In this document: in pieces, positions 7,487 to 14,616 of the stretch | Layout: each line of letters begins with the position of its first letter | Numbering within the stretch: the stretch's first letter is position 1 | Origin: an uncultured virus (IMG/VR IMGVR_UViG_3300046837_000353) | Taxonomy: Duplodnaviria > Heunggongvirae > Uroviricota > Caudoviricetes | Strand: one strand, 5' to 3' | IMG/VR virus record: IMGVR_UViG_3300046837_000353 | Location: 54,011-74,010 of that record | Length of the DNA stretch: 20,000 bases | The notes under the pieces: model-generated | Database searches by the model: none | What the model saw: only the letters and a program-made list of their open reading frames with translations | Told to the model about the DNA's origin: nothing | Position numbers and translations under genes: made by a program

Positions 7487-8187
7487 CAGGTACATTTGAT
7501 GATTTCCCACCCTTCGATTGTTGGGAGTAGTGGATCTTCCCAGCGAAGTTGCGGATTTTCCTGCATCAGTCGATTGATCTCTTCGACGGGTGTAAACTCA
7601 CCATCAAACAGTTTGCGGGTCAAGATATGATATTGATGACCCATGACCATCTGGTTTATGATCACGATTGTGGGATCCCAGACGTACATAAGTTTTATGT
7701 TTGGATGATGCGGCCACAACACCGCTCTAGTAATTGCGGATGGTGGGATTGTGCCCCTATGGGCGCAGGTACCTAGATGTTGTAGAGATGCCTCCCACCA
7801 TGTGGTGTCTGTACCGTCCTTATTCTGGGTAGGCCAGTTGAAAGTGAATTGCTGCTTCCGGTAGTGTATAGTCCGTTCTTTCATCGAGCCGGGTACCGGG
7901 TTATCGATCTTTCGGCTTCCCTGTTCTAGAAAGTCCTCATCGGGGTAGAGGTTAAGTGGGAATAGCTTGTCGGTGTCGATTTCAATAACGGCGCAGAGAG
8001 GCTCTTTGCCTTTGGAAGCGTTGAACGCGAAATATGGGGCGTAGCTGTTCGTCAGGTACACACACTTTGGGTTGCTGTTGACCGTATACTTCCAGTTGTT
8101 GACTCCTTTCGCACCCCTTGGGTGTATTCCTATCTTTAGAATGTTGTTAAGCCAGGCACCGTTAGTGCCGTGATAGAGTTTTACCAT
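7486..8187 (-). CDS. ADP-ribosyltransferase-fold protein (KptA/Tpt1 NAD-domain-like), 233 aa
   Basis: LYHGT...ILKIGIHP...VYLT...AVIEID...IPPSAI pattern of H-Y clade ART folds. Confidence 0.65.
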   Translation of the reverse strand: MVKLYHGTNGAWLNNILKIGIHPRGAKGVNNWKYTVNSNPKCVYLTNSYAPYFAFNASKGKEPLCAVIEIDTDKLFPLNLYPDEDFLEQGSRKIDNPVPGSMKERTIHYRKQQFTFNWPTQNKDGTDTTWWEASLQHLGTCAHRGTIPPSAITRAVLWPHHPNIKLMYVWDPTIVIINQMVMGHQYHILTRKLFDGEFTPVEEINRLMQENPQLRWEDPLLPTIEGWEIIKCT

Positions 8188-8190
8188 CTC

Positions 8191-8391
8191 TCAGTTTCCA
8201 TATTGTTTGATGATTAGGTGAGCTGTCTCTATTAGCTCAGCTATAGGAACCTTTATGACAGACTGTGTCACTCCAGTCGCTTTGTCAAGCATAGTGACAT
8301 AGACTGAAGTAACACCACGTTGGCCTACACCAACGTCAACAATCTCAATGATGTGACTTTCCCCCTTCATTCGGATGATTTGATCAGCCAT
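8191..8391 (-). CDS. Hypothetical protein, 66 aa
   Basis: ATG 8391 (MADQII) overlaps the end of the upstream gene. Confidence 0.6.
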   Translation of the reverse strand: MADQIIRMKGESHIIEIVDVGVGQRGVTSVYVTMLDKATGVTQSVIKVPIAELIETAHLIIKQYGN

Positions 8392-8578
8392 TATGCACCC
8401 CCGCACGAGCGACACGTTCGATCTGGTCGACTGTCAGCCCTGAGATTTCGGATAGGGCCTGCACTGCCCGTTCTATCTTTACGGCACCCCACATGTCCCT
8501 CGGTTTGGTGTCTCTCAACCAGACGAGGAAGGAGCAGAGGTCGGTAAGTGCTTTGATCTGATTTGATGTGATTTCCAT
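8384..8578 (-). CDS. Hypothetical protein, 64 aa
   Basis: ATG 8578 (MEITSNQ) after AGGA, downstream of promoter copy 7. Confidence 0.6.
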   Translation of the reverse strand: MEITSNQIKALTDLCSFLVWLRDTKPRDMWGAVKIERAVQALSEISGLTVDQIERVARAGVHNG

Positions 8579-8626
8579 TTCCCGATCCTGTGCTGCCGGA
8601 TCACCCGGCGTCTGGTTACTATCATC

Positions 8627-8655
8627 ATATATAAGCGCTTTGCAACGAATTGCAA
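8627..8655 (-). promoter_or_regulatory. Conserved early promoter, copy 7 (no GTCAGA leader)
   Basis: Sense strand: TTGCAATTCGTTGCAAAGCGCTTATATAT. Confidence 0.8.
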
Positions 8656-8689
8656 GCACAAAATGATCTAAAAAATCCGACACGGGGAC

Positions 8690-8741
8690 TTGCAATGTGC
8701 CGCAAAATGCTTATATGTATGGAGTCAGAATGGAGACCGAT
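8690..8741 (+). promoter_or_regulatory. Conserved early promoter/leader element, copy 8 (divergent from copy 7)
   Basis: TTGCAATGTGCCGCAAAATGCTTATATGTATGGAGTCAGAATGGAGACCGAT-ATG. Confidence 0.85.
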
Positions 8742-8999
8742 ATGACCAAGTTCGTGAGAGATCAATTTAGCTACTGGGGTGGGTATCTGACCTACGGGCC
8801 GGAACGCCTTTTTATCGCCCGCTTCAAGTACGCCTCGACCTCCAGCAAGCCCCGGTGGATCACGTTCATGTGCAAGAATTTCACCGTGGAAGAGTGGCAG
8901 GCTGCGCGCGCTCAGGACAAGGCGCCGCTCGACATCATGCGCTCGAAGGGTTTCGAGCTCACTCATATCCTCAAGTGGCGTCGTGAGGGTGTGATCTAG
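8742..8999 (+). CDS. Conserved phage hypothetical protein, 85 aa
   Basis: ATG 8742 after the leader. FIARFKY...KNFTVEEW...APLDIM.SKGF resembles small hypothetical proteins I recall from other phages. Confidence 0.8.
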   Translation: MTKFVRDQFSYWGGYLTYGPERLFIARFKYASTSSKPRWITFMCKNFTVEEWQAARAQDKAPLDIMRSKGFELTHILKWRREGVI

Positions 9000-9012
9000 A
9001 AAGGAGTGGAAA

Positions 9013-9351
9013 ATGCCGTATATCACAATCACCGTTAAACCGTACGATACCCTGGCCACCGCGGCCAGGGATTGCCACGGCAAGACGCCCAGCCTCAAAG
9101 TGCTGCAAAAGGCGGTTGGTGGGTACATCGAAACCGTGCCGCACCTGACCAGCATCGAGCTCGATGGCAAGCGGGTGCGCTGCACCGCCTACGCCAACGA
9201 GGAGGGCCGATTGCACGATCTGCCCCGTAACCACCACATGAGTAACCTCTGGAAGCGGGAGTTGCTGCGCCAGTCACCGAACGCCGAATTCCGCTACGAA
9301 CCCGAGCTTTACGGGCCAGTGGTCTTCGTTGTCAAGGCCTCGGTCAAGTAG
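9013..9351 (+). CDS. DUF3846-domain protein, 112 aa
   Basis: LQKAVGGYIETV...NEEGRLHDLPRN...LYGPVVFV; AAAGGAG ribosome-binding site. Confidence 0.85.
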   Translation: MPYITITVKPYDTLATAARDCHGKTPSLKVLQKAVGGYIETVPHLTSIELDGKRVRCTAYANEEGRLHDLPRNHHMSNLWKRELLRQSPNAEFRYEPELYGPVVFVVKASVK

Positions 9352-9367
9352 GTTTTCGAGCGCTGGG

Positions 9368-9393
9368 AAAAGCGGGCTTTGCGCCCGCTTTTT
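9368..9393 (+). terminator. Rho-independent terminator (potentially bidirectional)
   Basis: AAAAGCGGGC-TTTGC-GCCCGCTTTTT. Confidence 0.85.
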
Positions 9394-9436
9394 CAGCTCG
9401 GGGGTATTGCAATCGGCATTAGCAGCGTAGCGCAAG

Positions 9437-9466
9437 AAAAGGCCCCGTTTAGGCGGGGCTTTTTTT
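9437..9466 (+). terminator. Second tandem rho-independent terminator
   Basis: AAAAGGCCCCGTTTAGGCGGGGC-T7. Confidence 0.85.
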
Positions 9467-9496
9467 GTAAAGTTTGTGTACTACCAAATTTTTTGC

Positions 9497-9525
9497 TTGC
9501 AATCGTTAGCTTTGAATAGCATACT
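9497..9525 (+). promoter_or_regulatory. Putative sigma70-type promoter for the nusG/late operon
   Basis: TTGCAA-17 nt-CATACT; lacks the GCAA half-site of the early element. Confidence 0.55.
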
Positions 9526-9573
9526 ACCAACGCTCATCCAAGAAACTAATAACATGTTTAACTACCAACGCTC
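9523..9573 (+). repeat. 13-bp direct repeat ACTACCAACGCTC x2, plus a partial ACTACCAA at 9480-9487
   Basis: Exact copies at 9523-9535 and 9561-9573. Confidence 0.85.
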
Positions 9574-9585
9574 TAATCATAGGGC

Positions 9586-9597
9586 TGCGGTAGCTCT
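9586..9597 (+). promoter_or_regulatory. ops-like pause/recruitment site
   Basis: TGCGGTAGCTCT versus the RfaH ops consensus GGCGGTAGnnTG, about 35 nt upstream of the NusG-paralog start. Confidence 0.45.
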
Positions 9598-9629
9598 CTG
9601 TGCTTGCGGGAGTGGGGAATGGAGAGCAG

Positions 9630-10136
9630 ATGGCATGGGCTTGCTTTCAAACTTATGGTGCTCAGGAACGTAAAGCTGTCGAGAACCTGACTCGACAGGG
9701 TCTAGACGCGTTTTGCCCGTTCTACACCAAACCCGTACTTCCATCTATCCGAGCACGAGGTCCTAAGGACGCTCCGTTATTTCCCTGTTACGGTTTTGTC
9801 TATCTTGAAGATAAGACGCAGTGGGGAATCCCCGGAAATACATACGGGGTCATTCGGCTTTTAACAGGAAACAAGTTAGATCCAAGACCTTTATGGGTGG
9901 CTACCACCTATATCGAGACAATTTATGAGATTCAAGCAAAGTTTGGTGGGAATGTCTTACCGGTTGATACGATAGTCAGAGTAAAAACTAAAGATAGCCC
10001 GTTTTTTGATCAAATAGGTACTGTTATTTCAATGAATTCAAACGATAGAATCCGGTTATTGATGAGTTTGTTCAATCGAGACATTATAGTAGAATTCGAA
10101 GCAGGTGCGGATTTAGAAATTGTGGAGCTTGAGTAG
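9630..10136 (+). CDS. nusG: NusG/RfaH-family transcription antiterminator (NGN + KOW), 168 aa
   Basis: W..FQT..QERKAVENLTRQG...PLFPCYGFV...TYGVIRL (NGN); VRVK..SPF..QIGTV...RIRLLMSLFNR (KOW). ATG 9630 after GGAG. A specialised paralog, not housekeeping NusG. Confidence 0.9.
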   Translation: MAWACFQTYGAQERKAVENLTRQGLDAFCPFYTKPVLPSIRARGPKDAPLFPCYGFVYLEDKTQWGIPGNTYGVIRLLTGNKLDPRPLWVATTYIETIYEIQAKFGGNVLPVDTIVRVKTKDSPFFDQIGTVISMNSNDRIRLLMSLFNRDIIVEFEAGADLEIVELE

Positions 10137-11113
10137 TGACGAAAATCCCTCCCAACCAACCAAAGACAGATAGGAAGGTGAAATACGGTAACAGTACTGC
10201 TTATTCTCGTATGCGTTTTGATGATTTACCGCCTTCCCCTCAGACGTTGTGGTTCTATGGTAGATTACCCGCACACCAGCGCAAGTTTGTTGATGAATTG
10301 ATTGTCAGTCAGGATCCGCAGCAGGCTGCCACTCGGTCGGGATTCTTGAATTACGATAGTGCAATGAAAGAGATTAGTGTTCGTTGTGCTATCCGTGAAC
10401 GACTTGAGACTATTACAGAGATGGCATCGGTTACTGCAGCTGATGTTCGTCGTGAATTAAAACATATTTACGAAGGCGATCCCACCGAGATTACCGGTGT
10501 TTGGCGGGTGCCCTGCAGGCATTGTTGGGGTGAAGGCAATCGCTTTCAGTACACCGACCCTGAAATGTACTATGTTGAGCAGGCGCAGTCTTACGGTGAA
10601 AACAATTGGCCCTCTTCCTGTATTACTAACGAATTCGGGCCCTTGATCTTCAAACATGCTACCGCTGCATGGGTGGCTGGTAAGAATCATCACCAAGTCG
10701 ATATCAAGGGTGGTAGTGGGTATAGTCGCAACCGTGAAATCAACTCGGATTGCCCACAATGCCATGGTATTGGCGAACCGATGATGTATGTTTGTGATAC
10801 AAGGTACCTTTCGGAATCAGCCAAAAAGATCTTTAAGGGTGTAAGGGTTGGTGATAACAAAATCGAAGTAATGACGATTGATAAGACTCACGCCCTAACA
10901 TTATTGGCAAGAGATACTCAGGTTGGTATTGAGCGGCGGGAAATCACAATTAACCTCCCCCGCACAAAGGAAGAATTTGAAGAGACAGTCAGGAAAATGT
11001 CTGTTGATGAACTTGAAATGTTTATCGCTAATATGATCACGCTTGGGGAAGAAGAGTACGAAGTACAAGGTGCGGGGGCACAGCGTAGGTTAAAGTTTTC
11101 AAGAGGTAACTAA
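10136..11113 (+). CDS. terS: Terminase small subunit with zinc-finger insertion, 325 aa
   Basis: N-terminal QRKFVDELI..DPQQAATRSGF HTH, VTAADVRREL, CRHCWG...CPQCHGIG; lies upstream of terL. Confidence 0.8.
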   Translation: MTKIPPNQPKTDRKVKYGNSTAYSRMRFDDLPPSPQTLWFYGRLPAHQRKFVDELIVSQDPQQAATRSGFLNYDSAMKEISVRCAIRERLETITEMASVTAADVRRELKHIYEGDPTEITGVWRVPCRHCWGEGNRFQYTDPEMYYVEQAQSYGENNWPSSCITNEFGPLIFKHATAAWVAGKNHHQVDIKGGSGYSRNREINSDCPQCHGIGEPMMYVCDTRYLSESAKKIFKGVRVGDNKIEVMTIDKTHALTLLARDTQVGIERREITINLPRTKEEFEETVRKMSVDELEMFIANMITLGEEEYEVQGAGAQRRLKFSRGN

Positions 11114-11114
11114 C

Positions 11115-11270
11115 ATGAAGTTGATCATTCTCTCTCTAGTGGTTGGTATGGGCTTTGTCCTTGCCGGCTGCACTGGTTGTGGCGTAAATGGTCAACGCTG
11201 TGTGACCGGTTACACTTACACCCAGACACAACCCGGTGTCTGGGTAATTACAGTGCAGTACGGTAGCTGA
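11115..11270 (+). CDS. Small lipoprotein, 51 aa (MKLIILSLVVGMGFVLAG-CTGCGVNGQRCVTGYTYTQTQPGVWVITVQYGS)
   Basis: LAGC lipobox at Cys19. Exactly fills the terS-terL gap, with TGATG coupling to terL. Confidence 0.7.
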   Translation: MKLIILSLVVGMGFVLAGCTGCGVNGQRCVTGYTYTQTQPGVWVITVQYGS

Positions 11271-12901
11271 TGCCTACCAAGACTAGACATCAAACATTAC
11301 CACATGAACGGCGCCGTCTGGAAGATTTGGCGCTGGATACCTATGTTAGTTTGAAAGACAGGGTAATTCCAAAGTTACAGTTGATTAAGGAACCTGATGT
11401 AGACTTGAAATGGGCCTACTCCTATGCGGGTAGGCCACATGATTTCATTGCTGAAATCGTACCTGATTGGTATGGTAGTAATTGGACTTCCTGGCGTTCT
11501 TTTGTTGGTACTGTATTCGCCATTCCATTTGAAGAAAATGAAGAATACCAGATCTTTAGAGACTGCACTGATCTTGTTGATCAGCCTACGAAAAAGTCGT
11601 CACGGGTCTGGATGCCGGTCGGTCGTCGCGGCGGGAAGTCTCGTATACTTGCTGCTATTTCTGTGTATTTGGGTTGTTGTTATGATTGGTCTCATTATCT
11701 GGACCCCGGGGAACTGGGTGTACTACTTGTATTGGCAGCAGACCGTCGACAAGCTCGAGTAATCATGGGTTATGTTAAAGCCTTTCTAGATCATCCGAAA
11801 TTGAAGACCAGAGTCAAGACAGAGAACGCCGAATCTGTTCTATTTCATGGTAATATCTTAGTTGAAGTGGGTACAGCTAGTTATAGAGCAGTCCGGTCAA
11901 GAACCATTATTGCGGCATTGTGTGATGAGATTGCTTTTTGGCATAGTGACGAATCTTCAGCAAATCCGGATACTGAAATTATTGCCGCTCTTGAGCCGGC
12001 AATGGCCACCATCCCAAATGCACTATTGTTGGGCGCTTCATCCCCATACGCTCGCCGTGGTGTATTGTGGAATAACTTTGAAAGGTACTTTGGTAAAGAT
12101 GATGGGCCGCTAATTTGGCGCGCACCCACAAGGGTGATGAACCCTACGGTACCACAATCATTTATTGATGAAAAGTACGAAGAAGACCCCTATAGTGCGG
12201 CAGCTGAATATGGTGCCGAATTTAGATCTGATGTTGATGCGTTTATTACGAAAGAGGCAATTGATAGTGTAACAACTCGCGGATTACATGAATTGCCTTA
12301 TGAGATGGGGATGCGTTATTACGGATTTGTAGATCCTAGTGGTGGTTCCAGTGATAGTATGACCCTGGCAATTGGCCATATTGATCCGCAGACCAAACGT
12401 GGTGTACTTGATGTATTGAGAGAGCGTAGACCACAATTCTCACCGGAAGCGGTGGTTGAAGAGTTTGTTTCAGTACTACATACTTATCGGGTCTTTAGGG
12501 TAGTTGGTGACCACTATGCTGGTGAGTGGCCCAGGGAAAGATTTAGAATAAAGGGTGTTGAATATAATGTCTCTAAGGCAAGTAAATCCGACATTTACGT
12601 TGCATTTCTACCGATCGTCAACGCCGGACGGTGTGAGTTACTTGATAACAGTCGCCTATATAACCAGTTGCTCGGACTCGACCGGCGAATCTCACGTGGA
12701 GGTCATGAAACAATTGATCACTCTCCGGGGACACACGACGATCTCGCAAATGTGGTCGCAGGTGTGATGCACATTATGCTCAGCAAGCGTCAGACCTTGA
12801 ATGTCGATCCCAAGGTACTGGCAATGTCTGAGACACTGGTTGCTCGTAGACCAGTAGATTTGGTTAATCTAACTTCCAATATGCACGGACCTCGGTGGTA
12901 A
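11270..12901 (+). CDS. terL: Terminase large subunit, 543 aa
   Basis: Walker A GRRGGKS, Walker B AALCDE, ASSP coupling motif, nuclease motifs FVDPSGG and HDD. Confidence 0.95.
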   Translation: MPTKTRHQTLPHERRRLEDLALDTYVSLKDRVIPKLQLIKEPDVDLKWAYSYAGRPHDFIAEIVPDWYGSNWTSWRSFVGTVFAIPFEENEEYQIFRDCTDLVDQPTKKSSRVWMPVGRRGGKSRILAAISVYLGCCYDWSHYLDPGELGVLLVLAADRRQARVIMGYVKAFLDHPKLKTRVKTENAESVLFHGNILVEVGTASYRAVRSRTIIAALCDEIAFWHSDESSANPDTEIIAALEPAMATIPNALLLGASSPYARRGVLWNNFERYFGKDDGPLIWRAPTRVMNPTVPQSFIDEKYEEDPYSAAAEYGAEFRSDVDAFITKEAIDSVTTRGLHELPYEMGMRYYGFVDPSGGSSDSMTLAIGHIDPQTKRGVLDVLRERRPQFSPEAVVEEFVSVLHTYRVFRVVGDHYAGEWPRERFRIKGVEYNVSKASKSDIYVAFLPIVNAGRCELLDNSRLYNQLLGLDRRISRGGHETIDHSPGTHDDLANVVAGVMHIMLSKRQTLNVDPKVLAMSETLVARRPVDLVNLTSNMHGPRW

Positions 12902-13053
12902 TGGCAGAGTCAAGACAACAACCTCCGGAACCACGTCATCATGGCCGAATGACTCCTGATGAAATGGAAGCCGCAATTCGGGAATTGTTAGAATGGAAGG
13001 CAAAGATCGAGAAATCGGAAGCAGCCGTACCGATAGTAGTGGACACGAAGTAG
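12901..13053 (+). CDS. Hypothetical protein, 50 aa (MAESRQQPPEPRHHGRMTPDEMEAAIRELLEWKAKIEKSEAAVPIVVDTK)
   Basis: TAATG coupling to the terL stop. Confidence 0.55.
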   Translation: MAESRQQPPEPRHHGRMTPDEMEAAIRELLEWKAKIEKSEAAVPIVVDTK

Positions 13054-13130
13054 AAACCCTCAAGGTTGGCGGGAAATATGCTACGGCCATTAGTCATGAT
13101 GGTGTTCATACTTTTGCCCTTTCTGTTGCG

Positions 13131-13319
13131 ATGAAAAAGACTGATAATTCAACCACTACTGTTGATGGTGGCGGTACAAGTTTTCGTGCGATGACAGAGG
13201 TGACCGAATATCAAAAGGCATTGTTGGCGGAAGGATTTGCGGTGCAAGTAACTCAATATCCTTCTAATCATTCACAACACGCTAAGGACGACGCTTTGGC
13301 ACTGGCGGGTACACTATAG
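13131..13319 (+). CDS. Hypothetical protein, about 62 aa (start uncertain)
   Basis: 3' part of the 12993-13319 ORF; stop abuts the next ATG. Confidence 0.45.
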   Translation: MKKTDNSTTTVDGGGTSFRAMTEVTEYQKALLAEGFAVQVTQYPSNHSQHAKDDALALAGTL

Positions 13320-14279
13320 ATGTCTGATATCTATATTCCCTCACCGGATCCCAGACCCGATTTGGGTCTAACAATGTTCTACCAGACTCATCGACTGATA
13401 GAGGCCGCACCGATTGTCAGTTTTACCCATGGATCACCATCTATTGTTGTTGTAAATGATAATGGAGTCGAACATACAATTGAGGTCACCGAAGCATTCT
13501 TTACCGCAGGTGACCCTGAAATTGGTGATTACTTTGTTGCTTACCCAGACCCAGCACAAACTATGTACTGGGAAGCGAAACTGGCATTTGAGCAAGCCTA
13601 TACAGTTGTAGTTGAGGGACCACCGGGTCCGCAAGGTCCGCAGGGTGAACCAGGAGAAACTGGACCACAAGGTGAACCAGGAGAAACTGGACCACAAGGT
13701 GAACCAGGACCTACTGGAAATACTGGTCCTATTGGCCCTACTGGCCCTAGTGGTCCTACTGTTGTCAGTGTTGATAATGGGAATCTAGCCGAGCTAGGTT
13801 CTGATAATCTATTACTTGTCCCGAATACTTCAAGACTTGTGGGTGTAACTGACGGATCTGATGCACAACCTGGTGAGATTGGTGAATACGTAGTATCGGC
13901 TAACGCAGTTGGTATTGCAGTTACTTCGGATGTGCCCGCAACGATTACACAAATCACTTTGAGTCCTGGCTGCTGGGAAATGTGGGGTTGTGTTGACTTT
14001 CGACCTCCCTCCAATAAAAGTCCAAATATGATTTGTGGCAGTATTAGTTTGAATGATAACTCGCTGCCGACTGACAACGATCTGTACGTGGGCGTCGGCA
14101 TTATGACGTTGTTTTATACAACGGCGCTGACATCCGGGGCGCGGCAGGTATTGATGACTGGACAATGCCGTGCTAACACTGCGGTATCTCTTACCGTTTA
14201 TCTGGTAGGAGAGACGGCTTTTGGTGGTGGCGGTACTTCGAATGTTCAGGGTTACATCTGTGCTAGGCGCGTCCGATGA
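13320..14279 (+). CDS. Collagen-repeat fibre-like virion protein, 319 aa
   Basis: 16 consecutive Gly-X-Y triplets (13617-13760) between an acidic N-domain and a beta-rich C-domain starting [17 protein letters not shown]. Confidence 0.85.
   Translation: MSDIYIPSPDPRPDLGLTMFYQTHRLIEAAPIVSFTHGSPSIVVVNDNGVEHTIEVTEAFFTAGDPEIGDYFVAYPDPAQTMYWEAKLAFEQAYTVVVEGPPGPQGPQGEPGETGPQGEPGETGPQGEPGPTGNTGPIGPTGPSGPTVVSVDNGNLAELGSDNLLLVPNTSRLVGVTDGSDAQPGEIGEYVVSANAVGIAVTSDVPATITQITLSPGCWEMWGCVDFRPPSNKSPNMICGSISLNDNSLPTDNDLYVGVGIMTLFYTTALTSGARQVLMTGQCRANTAVSLTVYLVGETAFGGGGTSNVQGYICARRVR
13644..13709 (+). repeat. 27-bp tandem repeat (about 2.4 copies) encoding GEPGETGPQ
   Basis: GGTGAACCAGGAGAAACTGGACCACAA at 13644 and 13671, partial at 13698. 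Confidence 0.9.
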
Positions 14280-14296
14280 CTCACGTGGAGGGCAAG

Positions 14297-14455
14297 ATGA
14301 TCATCGAAATCCTGTTCGTCGTCGTGATGTTCCTGTGGCTCCTCACAATCCTACCCTTTCCACCATTACAACCATTCGCCACGTCAAACGTCTTCTTTGC
14401 GTTTGTGGCTGTGTTGTTGCTGGGGTTGTTTATCTTTATGCCTGGCATTAGATAA
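14297..14455 (+). CDS. Small two-TM membrane protein, 52 aa
   Basis: GGAGG RBS; MIIEILFVVVMFLWLLTILPFPPLQPFATSNVFFAFVAVLLLGLFIFMPGIR. Confidence 0.7.
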   Translation: MIIEILFVVVMFLWLLTILPFPPLQPFATSNVFFAFVAVLLLGLFIFMPGIR

Positions 14456-14616
14456 TGCTTGGCATTATTCTTCTAGTTATACTAATCCTACTGCTTGTAG
14501 GTGGGTTGCCTAATTGGGGGCATATGGCACCTTACAACTATGGTTATTACCCATCATTTGGGGTTTTGTTATTGATAATTGTTCTACTAGTCTTGATCTT
14601 CGGAGGACATCTCTAG
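14455..14616 (+). CDS. DUF3309-family small membrane protein, 53 aa
   Basis: MLGIILLVILILLLVGGLPNWGHMAPYNYGYYPSFGVLLLIIVLLVLIFGGHL has the LP.W...GYYPS signature; TAATG-coupled. Confidence 0.8.
   Translation: MLGIILLVILILLLVGGLPNWGHMAPYNYGYYPSFGVLLLIIVLLVLIFGGHL

Noticed and set aside
478..8741. Repeated ~55-bp elements as a CRISPR array or attC-type integron sites
   Set aside because: Copies are degenerate, 0.4-2.6 kb apart (one pair back to back), contain RBS and promoter boxes, and there is no cas or integrase gene in the window.
9401..9436. GGGGTATTGCAAT...GTAGCGCAAG between the two terminators as a ninth promoter copy
   Set aside because: It lacks the N8 dyad spacing, GCTTATAT, the leader and a downstream gene; at most a relic.
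13078..13134. 18-aa hydrophobic micro-ORF MLRPLVMMVFILLPFLLR with ATGA overlap to 13131
   Set aside because: Too short to support from sequence alone.
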